DNA of 64,000 nt from Fibrobacterales bacterium (GTDB lineage Bacteria; Fibrobacterota; Fibrobacteria; Fibrobacterales; JAOPTW01): assembly GCA_051532035.1 (NCBI GenBank), contig JAOPTW010000013.1, positions 326,442-390,441 on the forward strand, given 5' to 3'. This document shows positions 51,245 through 60,040 of this stretch, one piece after another. Numbering within the stretch: position 1 is the stretch's first letter; every line of letters begins with the position of its first letter. A model generated the notes under the pieces. The model saw only the letters and a program-made list of their open reading frames with translations, made no database searches and was not told the DNA's origin. The translations under genes were made by a program, and so were the position numbers.

Positions 51245-51750
51245 CAACTTCTTTGGGTAAATTTTTTCCTTTTTTCTTTTTTGTATAGTTCCCGGGCGTC
51301 GGCCCGGATGCGACCAGACCTTTTGGTTCCCCAAAAGACTGGACAAAAGGGATTCTTGCAGAAAGCCTCATTACAAATGCTTTGTACATCTGGTTCAGGT
51401 TACACTGCACTGTACCGATAAATAATGAATTGGTTTCTCTATTGCTGAGCATAAAATTTCATCGTGCACATGGTTGCGCTTTAACCTTTCAATAACGTGT
51501 GGGACAATCTGTACTTCATTTTATTATATCGCTATGCAAGGCCGCGGTTGTAAAACGTGCTCCGCACATGGTAAAAGATTGATCGGACACAAAAACCCCA
51601 AAAGAATCCTGCCTCCAAACCCACAGTAACAACAGCTTAACAACAATGCATCGATAAATAGCAAAAAAGTACAAGACGTTTCACTGTAAGCTAACCTTTG
51701 AAAAGCTACTTTGACCCCACCAAACACACAAACGCAGACATAAGGAAAAA

Positions 51751-53508
51751 ATGAAAAAGTTATTATCAATGAAGGTGTTTATAGCACTTCTATTAACCAG
51801 TGTTGTTTCAACATTTGCTAGTACGTACGCAACAACGTTATCAAATGATAATGTATTACTCGAAATTAATATTAGTGAACCTAATGTTAATTATGTTCAA
51901 CTGTCATTTATCAGTGCTTCTGTTTCAGGTGGCGGACAACAAAATGTTAATATTACAAACAGCAATTCCGCAGGAATGTATTCTTATCTTGTTGCAGGGG
52001 CTCAAGAAGGAGAAGAATTGCGTTATTCATTTCATTATCGGTATGAAGGCGGAAGCGCAGACAGCCCATGGGAAACCTATGTTGTTGGTGATACACGCAA
52101 ATATGATGTAACATGGATTGGGGAGTTCGATGACTACCCTTCAAATCCCAAAGATGGCTATGCGTTCTTTCATAGTATCGATCAAAAAAGTTACATCTAT
52201 ACTGATTCTGACTGGAACCTATTTGCAATAGGTGAACAAGGTGCTACAGGAGCCCAGGGCAACACTGGTATTCAAGGAATACAAGGTGACGTTGGAGCTC
52301 AGGGAATCCAAGGTGCAGCTGGAGCCCAAGGTGAAACTGGCGCAACAGGAGCTCAAGGTGAACGCGGAGATGACACCTGGAATCAAAATGGCTCTACGAT
52401 AACGTACACAAGATCGGGCGAGCTTGATCAGGTACAAGAGCAAATGAATGCTGGTTCTTATGGTATCGGCTTTGGCCAATCACGAAACTGGCAGTCATTT
52501 ACTCCTGGAGTAACAGGAATATTTTCACAATTTGGCCTTCACATAAGGTGGAGCAATACAACTCCTGAAGTAACATTTAACCTCTATGAAGGTGAAGGCT
52601 TTAATGGAACACTCCTCCACACTCAAACCATAACAGCAACTATAAATGGTGACTGGAATACCTTCGAAATCTCAGGTGCAGTAGAACTCACCGCTGGAGA
52701 ACAATATACATGGCAGTTACACTCTGACGCCAATCCAGCTGCAATCTGGATCCCTAATGGATCAGGCTATGCAGGTGGACGCAATGGACCCGATGGCGGC
52801 GACTATGATTTTTCATTCAGAACCTATATGGCTTCAATTACTCCGGTATTAGTGGGAATCGGTACCTTAACCCCCAATGCGACACTTGATGTTGCTGGTG
52901 CAGTTGCAGTAAATGGTACAGAAGTTATAAATGAGGCAGGACAATGGGTTGGTGATGCAACGAACCTCGTTGGCCCACAAGGCGTACCAGGGTTACAAGG
53001 TGAGTCGGGAGACGATGCACCTGACCAGACTGCAGCAATTACTACCTTAACAACAGAGCTTGCTAGTTTAACAAGCAGATTAACGTTATTGGAAGCACTG
53101 TTTCCAATAGATCAAGTTATTGGGTATGTAGTATCAGAGGGTAGAACCTTTGTTCAATTAGAAACTGCTTTGGAGAACACGGAAGCTCAAAGCGCCTGTC
53201 AAGAACTCAATATGGACCTGGCGAAGATTGAATCACAAGTTCAAAATGATGCGGTTGCAAACTTGCTTGGTAGCACACCAAACTTATTAGGATGGATTGG
53301 TGCGAATGATAGTGCCACTGAAGGTGCATTTAAATGGAGAGATGACAGTGATGTAATCTATGTTCCGGCATGGTACCTGACAAATCCAAACGTTGAAATT
53401 AGGGATTGTGTTTCTATCGCTGGACTCAACACTTATCGTGGAACTCCTGGAATGTGGGAAACTGAAAGTTGTACTCAGACCGCCAGAAGACCTATTTGCT
53501 CTAATTAA
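51751..53508 (+). CDS. secreted collagen-like repeat protein with a coiled-coil neck and a C-terminal C-type lectin domain (collectin-like architecture)
   Basis: Signal peptide. 15 uninterrupted G-X-Y triplets (aa 161-206, nt 52231-52368). Second short G-X-Y run GPQGVPGLQGESG (nt 52972-53010). Heptad-like AAITTLTTELASLTSRLTLLEALF. CTLD hallmarks SAC...LAKIES...GWIGANDSATEGAFKWRDDS...DCVSI...WETESC...PICS. Confidence 0.85.
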   Translation: MKKLLSMKVFIALLLTSVVSTFASTYATTLSNDNVLLEINISEPNVNYVQLSFISASVSGGGQQNVNITNSNSAGMYSYLVAGAQEGEELRYSFHYRYEGGSADSPWETYVVGDTRKYDVTWIGEFDDYPSNPKDGYAFFHSIDQKSYIYTDSDWNLFAIGEQGATGAQGNTGIQGIQGDVGAQGIQGAAGAQGETGATGAQGERGDDTWNQNGSTITYTRSGELDQVQEQMNAGSYGIGFGQSRNWQSFTPGVTGIFSQFGLHIRWSNTTPEVTFNLYEGEGFNGTLLHTQTITATINGDWNTFEISGAVELTAGEQYTWQLHSDANPAAIWIPNGSGYAGGRNGPDGGDYDFSFRTYMASITPVLVGIGTLTPNATLDVAGAVAVNGTEVINEAGQWVGDATNLVGPQGVPGLQGESGDDAPDQTAAITTLTTELASLTSRLTLLEALFPIDQVIGYVVSEGRTFVQLETALENTEAQSACQELNMDLAKIESQVQNDAVANLLGSTPNLLGWIGANDSATEGAFKWRDDSDVIYVPAWYLTNPNVEIRDCVSIAGLNTYRGTPGMWETESCTQTARRPICSN

Positions 53509-53525
53509 TACCATAAAAATATTTC

Positions 53526-53562
53526 AGGCGAGCGTCGGTTGTAGTATCGACACTCGCCTTTT
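53526..53562 (+). terminator. rho-independent terminator of the collagen/lectin gene
   Basis: Stem AGGCGAG(C)GTCG / CGAC(A)CTCGCCT followed by TTTTG, 18 nt after the stop. Confidence 0.75.
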
Positions 53563-53805
53563 GTCTATATCCTTTCATAATTTCCTAATTACAATACGAT
53601 AGTCTTACTCTCCCAGTTTAGAAGTTAAATCAAGAGCTGGTCTCAGCGCTATTATCCTAATATCTTACATATTCAGTTACTATAATCTAAGCTCAATCCT
53701 GTAGTATCCTACTCGTAGGAGTATTGAATAGTATCGAGAGGTTTAAGAGGTGTATAGGGTCATGGGTGTGAATAGAGTATTTTGTTCTTGCACTTCAGTG
53801 CAAGC

Positions 53806-53842
53806 ATAAAAAAACCGTTGTATCCAAAGAGAATACAACGGT
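53806..53842 (-). terminator. rho-independent terminator of the SSS transporter gene
   Basis: On the minus strand ACCGTTGTAT-N9-ATACAACGGT followed by TTTTTTT. Begins 37 nt past the stop at 53879. Confidence 0.8.
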
Positions 53843-53878
53843 GTCTGTATATTAATAATTTTTACCTATACCGCGGTC

Positions 53879-55282
53879 TTAAGCGGCAGTCTTAGACTTT
53901 GATAACTGTAATCCAACAATAAGAACAATAAGTCCGGCAAGAACAGCAGGAAAGCCTTCAAAAATCATTCCTTGGAGTCCGAAAAAACGCCATGCCACAA
54001 CGGTCAGTACACCAACGGCAATTGCTGAGAGACTTGTTGCTTCTGATGGTCTTTTACCTAAAGCAAGTACAATAAGCAGAGGAGAAAATGCAGATCCGAG
54101 AACCGACCATGACATGATAACAATATCAAATACACTCTGATTATTCAATAAGGCAAGAGCCAGTACAAAGATTGTAATACCGACTGTTGCAAATTTATAA
54201 TGAATAGGTTTGTTTAATGTCTTACCAAAATCCTGAGTTATCGTTGCCGAGCAACTGAGTACCAATGAATCAGCCGTTGACATGGTTGCTGCAAAGATTC
54301 CCGCTAATACAAGACCCGTAAGAGGTGCTGGAAGCATCTCAAGAGCCATAGTAGGGAGTGCAAGTTCAGCGTCAAATGCACCAGTATCGGTGAGATATAT
54401 TCTAGAAAAGAGGCCAACTACCGTAGCAAGAAACCAGAAAGCCACAAACCAGCCATAATACCATGATTTTGTTGCCACCATTGATTCATTTTTACCAAGT
54501 GACATAAAGCGACTCATTATATGAGGCTGACCCACTACTGAAAATCCCGCAAAAAGCCACCCTATCACAAACATAACGCCGCCGGTTACGCCGGGAAATG
54601 CCAGATCTTTAGGAAAAATATCAAGAAAATTAGGAAGTTGATTCATACGTTCAATAGATTCGCTCACTCCACCAAAATGGATAACCGAAACAATAACAAG
54701 AATGGTCATAGCTGCCAACATCACAAAAGATTGCGCTGCATCTGTCCAGATAGAAGCCCTGATCCCCCCAGCAATACAATAGACCACAACGAGAATTGCT
54801 CCCATAATTGCACCAGCCCATATTGGCCAATCAAAGAGCACATGCAGTGCCTTACTACCAGCTACCAGCTGTGCAGTTGCATACGTAGAGAGAAAGAAGA
54901 GCGACAGAATTCCAATGACCTTCTGTACTTTGGCCTGCTTGACATTCCAGTTACTGAGTAAGCCCCCGTAACTAACCTCTCCCGTTTCAGAAGTTTTTAA
55001 CTGCATTTTGCGATGTATAAAAAGTGCAGCAAGAAAATCCCCGGTAATCCAACCGATCATAAGCCAAATTGCAGAAAGGCCTGTTGTATAGGTATATCCA
55101 ATAACACCGATAAACATATAACCACTACTATTGGTAGCAAAGGCTGAAAGCCCTGCAAGCCATGGCTTTATCGAGTTACTTGCCAGATAGTAATCCTGTT
55201 TAGTCCCGGTGCCAAATTTCGATGACATTATACCGACAATCGTGAATCCGGCAAGAAAAATAAGGAATGATGCTAATAACAT
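53879..55282 (-). CDS. sodium:solute symporter (SSS) family transporter
   Basis: About 12-13 predicted TM helices. SSS-like blocks YYLASNSI.PW, GGIRASIWTDAAQ, STADSLVLS. The substrate cannot be assigned from sequence alone. Confidence 0.8.
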   Translation of the reverse strand: MLLASFLIFLAGFTIVGIMSSKFGTGTKQDYYLASNSIKPWLAGLSAFATNSSGYMFIGVIGYTYTTGLSAIWLMIGWITGDFLAALFIHRKMQLKTSETGEVSYGGLLSNWNVKQAKVQKVIGILSLFFLSTYATAQLVAGSKALHVLFDWPIWAGAIMGAILVVVYCIAGGIRASIWTDAAQSFVMLAAMTILVIVSVIHFGGVSESIERMNQLPNFLDIFPKDLAFPGVTGGVMFVIGWLFAGFSVVGQPHIMSRFMSLGKNESMVATKSWYYGWFVAFWFLATVVGLFSRIYLTDTGAFDAELALPTMALEMLPAPLTGLVLAGIFAATMSTADSLVLSCSATITQDFGKTLNKPIHYKFATVGITIFVLALALLNNQSVFDIVIMSWSVLGSAFSPLLIVLALGKRPSEATSLSAIAVGVLTVVAWRFFGLQGMIFEGFPAVLAGLIVLIVGLQLSKSKTAA

Positions 55283-55466
55283 AGTGAAAAGTCCTTTGGT
55301 TTTGATACAACACTTTGTGTGTATATACCTTATGCTCAGAGATCAAATTACCCCATTGACCCCGATTTTGTACCAAAGTAGCATAATACTCTTTTAAATC
55401 AATACTACTCTGTAAGAGATTACAATCCTGCGCAATCGTTTGTACAAATGATTATTGATGTTAAAG

Positions 55467-56495
55467 TTATGAGACCCGAAGAACCTTTGCGCCACGCACT
55501 TTTTTCTTTTTAATCTCACAGAGAGCACGATTTGCATTTTCAAGTTCAAATATTTCAATCTCGGGCTTAATATTAAGTGTTTCAGAAAGATCAAGAAACT
55601 CCTGAACATCTTTTCGACTAATATTGGCGACACTTTTAATCTCCTTTTCCATCCAGATATGTTCCTGATAATTAAGTTGTGCAAAAACGTCCTTGTCAGT
55701 GTCCTCTTTTTGTATTGCATTAATAACAAGCCTTCCTCCCGGTGTTAAACAGGCTAGGGCATTTACAACAGGGCTCCATGCCGGAGTTGTGTCAATAATA
55801 GCGTGAAGTTTTTCTGGCGGTTTTTCTTCTGTTTTCCCGGTCCAATAAGCGCCAAGTTCCTGTGCAAATTGAAGTTCAGGGTTACTCCTGGCAAAAACAA
55901 ATATTTTTGTATCTGGGTATAGATGCTGTGCCATTTTCAGCACAAGGTGTGCAGAAGCCCCAAAACCGGTAAGCCCCAGATTCATCCCATTTTTCAGATT
56001 TGTTAATCGTAGAGAGCGGTATCCAATTGCTCCTGCACATAACAGTGGGACGGCTTCTTCATTGGTTAATTTTTCTGGTATCGTATAAATAAAGCCTTCA
56101 TTGGCTTTTACATATTCGGCATACCCTCCATCTACATCCTTGCCGGTTGCAATAAAATCACTGCATAGGTTTTCCTGATTATTCCGACAGAGTTCGCATT
56201 CCCCGCAGGCGCTGTAAATCCAGGCGAGCCCAACTCTCTGACCCACACTCCATTTGGTTACAGCATCACCAGTTTTTTCAATTATTCCGACGACCTGATG
56301 TCCTGGGATTACCGGCAGATTCGGAGGAGGCGTTCTACCTTCAATTTCATCAATTTCGGTATGGCAGACCCCACAAGCTAACACCCGAATAAGTACTTCA
56401 TTTTCTCTGGGCACAGGTTTTGGCATCTCTTGAAGAGTTAAAGGGGCGTCGTTCTCTTTCAGACTATTAATATCATTCAGTATCATTGCTTTCAT
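55467..56495 (-). CDS. zinc-dependent alcohol dehydrogenase (MDR family)
   Basis: Catalytic Zn GVCHTEIDEIEG...GHQVVGIIEKTG. Structural Zn CGECELCRNNQENLC. NAD fold LGLTGFGASAHL. Confidence 0.9.
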   Translation of the reverse strand: MKAMILNDINSLKENDAPLTLQEMPKPVPRENEVLIRVLACGVCHTEIDEIEGRTPPPNLPVIPGHQVVGIIEKTGDAVTKWSVGQRVGLAWIYSACGECELCRNNQENLCSDFIATGKDVDGGYAEYVKANEGFIYTIPEKLTNEEAVPLLCAGAIGYRSLRLTNLKNGMNLGLTGFGASAHLVLKMAQHLYPDTKIFVFARSNPELQFAQELGAYWTGKTEEKPPEKLHAIIDTTPAWSPVVNALACLTPGGRLVINAIQKEDTDKDVFAQLNYQEHIWMEKEIKSVANISRKDVQEFLDLSETLNIKPEIEIFELENANRALCEIKKKKVRGAKVLRVS

Positions 56496-56574
56496 GAAAA
56501 CCCATATTAAAAGTTAGAATTCATCATACCATATTAATGTGAATGATGGCTTTGAATTGATACATTTTAGTGTT

Positions 56575-58203
56575 TTACAATCCTAAAGACTCTTTCATCT
56601 CCTCTAAATCACCTTCGCGCGCATCGAGAATACCGTGGTAGTGAGTAATTGCATCCTCCCAAATAGGAATGGTTTGTGTTTTGTAGGGGTACCCACCTTG
56701 ATCAGGCCAAATTGCTGCAGTACCAGTGGGAAAGGTTTCTGCCATTTCTTCCAGCACCGGACGGATCTGTTCGGTCCAGGTACTCAGTATAGCATGACGT
56801 CGTGACAGCACCCTCTCTTCCAGATCAGCGAAAGCCGATATATATTCCTCCTGAAAACAAAACCATGCTTTAGTAAAACGTGATGTAGTCTCATCAGGGC
56901 ATCCCGGATACCCGGATTTGTCAGTCCATAACTTGCCCTGTGTCGCAAGACCTCGCATAAAACCAACATATTCTGGCATATCCATATCCCAGGGTATCAT
57001 AATAATCTTTTCGGTTCTTGGGAGAACAGCCCAATAGGTATTATGCCCGCTGTCCCATGCGCCCAAATAAGGACCGTCCCAATCAAATACAGCAGTTGCT
57101 GTAACAACCTGACGTGCGATAATGTCGGTCATTTCCCATTTTTTCAGAAATTCTGCGAGAGCATCCGCCTGTGTACCTACAGCATCGAGATCACTTTCAA
57201 AAGCTTTTACCACACTATGATCTGCCTCTTCTTCATTGGTCTTAAGGTTTTCATTCAAAATTGCATCAGTGTTCATCTGGTCATCTGCAAGTGGCCAATA
57301 ATGTTTATATACATTTCCTTCATCATCATTAAGGTGATACCGAGTAAAACGTCCATCTATTTGTTCAACCACAAGAAAGAGCCCTTCCAGTTTTCCATTA
57401 ATCATCAACCGTGCATGTACGGCCCGTGAAGCCGCAACTCCCATTTCACGGTATGCGAAGTAGGCAAACCGTTCTGACAAACGAGATTGACTGTGATTCA
57501 TGGAATGAAACTGCAGCTTTTTCAATCCATAGAAGAGGCGATCAGGGTACCCATCTGTATTGAATTTTACTTTCATTGATAGATTGCAAATTTTCGCCTT
57601 TTCTCCGCAAGGAGTCCAGGCACCTTTTGACCCTTTATACCTAACCAAAATATCACCGATAGTATCACCACGAAATACCATTGCCGCAGGTACATACTCT
57701 TCCCTTTTAGGTTCCTCATCGAGAAATGCTAAGTCTTTCGGTTCAATTAATAGTTCATAGGTATAGAGAGAATCATGATGATAAATAAACCGGGTTGAAT
57801 CTCGCCAATCGGCAGTAGACAGCAACGTTGAGCCAGGCAATGCTTCTCGTTCACGGTTTTCACTACGGAGTATTCCCTCTTCCGGAAGACCCTCAGAGGG
57901 TTCTGTCGCGACTGAGGATTCTATACCCCCGTCATGTTCTTGAGAGCTATCGACCTCTTCTCGATCATGTTCAGAATTCTGAGAACTTCCCTCTTGATCC
58001 CTGGGAGCAGTATCCACGCTTGAAAGTTTATACATAAAACTGGATCCAGCATCATCTGAGTACTTAACTGCTTCATTACTACTTACCTCTGCTTGAGTAG
58101 TATCCTGTGACGACTCAACTCTCTCCATAGATGCAGTCGAATCAGAGCACCCGGATATTAATAGAGTCGTCAATAGTGCTACTACCAATAATTGCGTATA
58201 CAT
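56575..58203 (-). CDS. CotH-family (atypical kinase fold) lipoprotein with an acidic Ser/Asp/Glu-rich N-terminal tail
   Basis: ATG 58203 gives MYTQLLVVALLTTLLISGC (lipobox). CotH-like core LKKLQFHSMNHSQSRLSERFAYFAYREMGVAASRAVHARLMINGKLEGLFLVVEQIDGRFT and IPWDMDM. Confidence 0.8.
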   Translation of the reverse strand: MYTQLLVVALLTTLLISGCSDSTASMERVESSQDTTQAEVSSNEAVKYSDDAGSSFMYKLSSVDTAPRDQEGSSQNSEHDREEVDSSQEHDGGIESSVATEPSEGLPEEGILRSENREREALPGSTLLSTADWRDSTRFIYHHDSLYTYELLIEPKDLAFLDEEPKREEYVPAAMVFRGDTIGDILVRYKGSKGAWTPCGEKAKICNLSMKVKFNTDGYPDRLFYGLKKLQFHSMNHSQSRLSERFAYFAYREMGVAASRAVHARLMINGKLEGLFLVVEQIDGRFTRYHLNDDEGNVYKHYWPLADDQMNTDAILNENLKTNEEEADHSVVKAFESDLDAVGTQADALAEFLKKWEMTDIIARQVVTATAVFDWDGPYLGAWDSGHNTYWAVLPRTEKIIMIPWDMDMPEYVGFMRGLATQGKLWTDKSGYPGCPDETTSRFTKAWFCFQEEYISAFADLEERVLSRRHAILSTWTEQIRPVLEEMAETFPTGTAAIWPDQGGYPYKTQTIPIWEDAITHYHGILDAREGDLEEMKESLGL

Positions 58204-58237
58204 AGATAAAACCATTCCTCTTATTACAAACACTCTG

Positions 58238-59833
58238 TTACAGCCCACTTCGCCAATCCTCAGCAATTTGTTTGCTCGCCTCCAAGGCCTCTCTCAAATC
58301 TTCTACCCCAGCCCTCCATTTTTCCTTAGAGATAGCGGCCTTTGGAAAACCTTTTCCTTTTTCATTACTTGAGCCATGGGTATCGATTGTTTCCTGTGTT
58401 ACTTCTTCAATCTGAGCTTCCCATTTATCTAGCAGAGGCATTATTTGAGGATATACATCATCCAAAAGTTTATCGAGAGCTACTTTTACTTCATCAGGAA
58501 AACAAAGCCAGTGACCTTGTAGTTTATTTTGCACCGGGCTATTACAACCAAAAGCCTGTGCTACATCTTCAACTGACATATGCCCTTTGGACGTTTCACC
58601 TTTTCTCCCCGATAAGCTTATCAGCCCATTATCCACATCCCAGGGAATGGCATAGAGTTTTTGTTCTGTGGTATCAGAATACCAATAGGCATTATGGTGT
58701 GTATACTCCTTTCTAAGAAAAGGACTATCCCAATGTCCCATGGCAATAGAGGTAACCACCGTATTAACAGTCAATGGCACATCCATCCATTTCGCAATCA
58801 CACTTTTGATCTCCTCAATATCCTGCGCACCATCAAGTTCCTCCTCAAATGTTTGCCATATTGTGTAGGTCGGGTCTTCATCTTCATTTGTTTTCAATAC
58901 TTCAAAGAGTGTTGCATCATCCGATAACTGGTCATCGGGAAGGACAGTATTATTCTTATAAATATTCCCCTCTCCATCTTCCCATCGTTCTCTGGTAAAG
59001 CGACCATCTATCTGTTCCACAAGTGCATAGAGTCCACTGAGCTTTCCATTAATCTCTACCCGTGCATGTACCGACCGGGGGGCTGGATTGCCCATGGCAT
59101 TGTGAAACCAGTAGACAACACGTTCTTTCAATTGACTATCATAGTGATGCATGTGATGAAACTGCAGTTTTTTTAACCCGAAGAATTTACGTTCAGAATC
59201 AGCTTCAGTATTGAATTTCACTTTAGTTGAGAGTTTAAGACAGCTATTAGGGCCCGGCGGCCAGGGAGAACCATTTTCACCATTTGTACACGGATACCAC
59301 GCCCCGGTCGATCCTTTATAGCGTACTTGTACATCCTGTATAGTATCTCCTTCAAAAACCAGATCGGCAAATTCATAGATCTCATCTTGTGGTACCGCAT
59401 TCATGCGTTCAAGTGCTTCGGGATCAATTAAGATATTATAGGTACGCAGTTCATCATCATCAAAAATGTAGGTGCTTTCACCATCAAATACTGGCAAAGT
59501 AAAGGTATCACCATTCCTATAGTCCTTTTGATCATTAGAACTCTTTGATTGTTCCACTGAATCAGATTCCTCTGCTGAACTTTCATCATCTTCAGTATAT
59601 TCATCGTCAACAGACTTTGAGTCTGCTCCAGATGAAGGATGAGAGCCATTACTTGCATCACTATAATCCGAAGAGATCGCTGATGCATCTACTGCACCAA
59701 AACTAGACGATTCAGTTTCCTCATCACGTGATCCCCCCAGTTCATCCTGTATATTTTGTTCTGTTGTGCTCTCACTACATCCCAAAATGAATGTTGTCAG
59801 TAATACCCCTACTAACATTTTTATACTATGCAT
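58238..59833 (-). CDS. CotH-family lipoprotein, paralogue of the downstream gene
   Basis: ATG 59833 preceded by GGAG. MHSIKMLVGVLLTTFILGC lipobox. Core LKKLQFHHMHHYDSQLKERVVYWFHNAMGNPAPRSVHARVEINGKLSGLYALVEQIDGRFT and IPWDVDN. Confidence 0.8.
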   Translation of the reverse strand: MHSIKMLVGVLLTTFILGCSESTTEQNIQDELGGSRDEETESSSFGAVDASAISSDYSDASNGSHPSSGADSKSVDDEYTEDDESSAEESDSVEQSKSSNDQKDYRNGDTFTLPVFDGESTYIFDDDELRTYNILIDPEALERMNAVPQDEIYEFADLVFEGDTIQDVQVRYKGSTGAWYPCTNGENGSPWPPGPNSCLKLSTKVKFNTEADSERKFFGLKKLQFHHMHHYDSQLKERVVYWFHNAMGNPAPRSVHARVEINGKLSGLYALVEQIDGRFTRERWEDGEGNIYKNNTVLPDDQLSDDATLFEVLKTNEDEDPTYTIWQTFEEELDGAQDIEEIKSVIAKWMDVPLTVNTVVTSIAMGHWDSPFLRKEYTHHNAYWYSDTTEQKLYAIPWDVDNGLISLSGRKGETSKGHMSVEDVAQAFGCNSPVQNKLQGHWLCFPDEVKVALDKLLDDVYPQIMPLLDKWEAQIEEVTQETIDTHGSSNEKGKGFPKAAISKEKWRAGVEDLREALEASKQIAEDWRSGL

Positions 59834-60040
59834 GTAATTAACTCCAATCATCCTTTATCCTTTTTTTGTTCGACCTAAATTCTTAACCAATTTATCCACT
59901 TCATTTACTAGGCCTAAACCATTACGGCCCTCATCATCTTCTTTTCTTACATTCAATGGTTATGTTTTATTCAAACTTCTAAGTCTGCCCTGGGTTCTAT
60001 GGGGATAGGGGGGGATTTTACTATAAAACCCGGGACAGAC

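Noticed and set aside
51201-51769. ORFs 51201..51452 and 51524..51769 (-) upstream of the lectin gene
   Set aside because: Low-complexity, Cys/Phe-rich translations with no start context. They are more likely non-coding leader or intergenic sequence.
51751-53508. C-type lectin domain as a diversity-generating retroelement (DGR) target
   Set aside because: There is no reverse transcriptase, template repeat or second copy of the C-terminal sequence in the window. The domain is the canonical animal-type CTLD, not the Mtd/FGE-like DGR variable fold.
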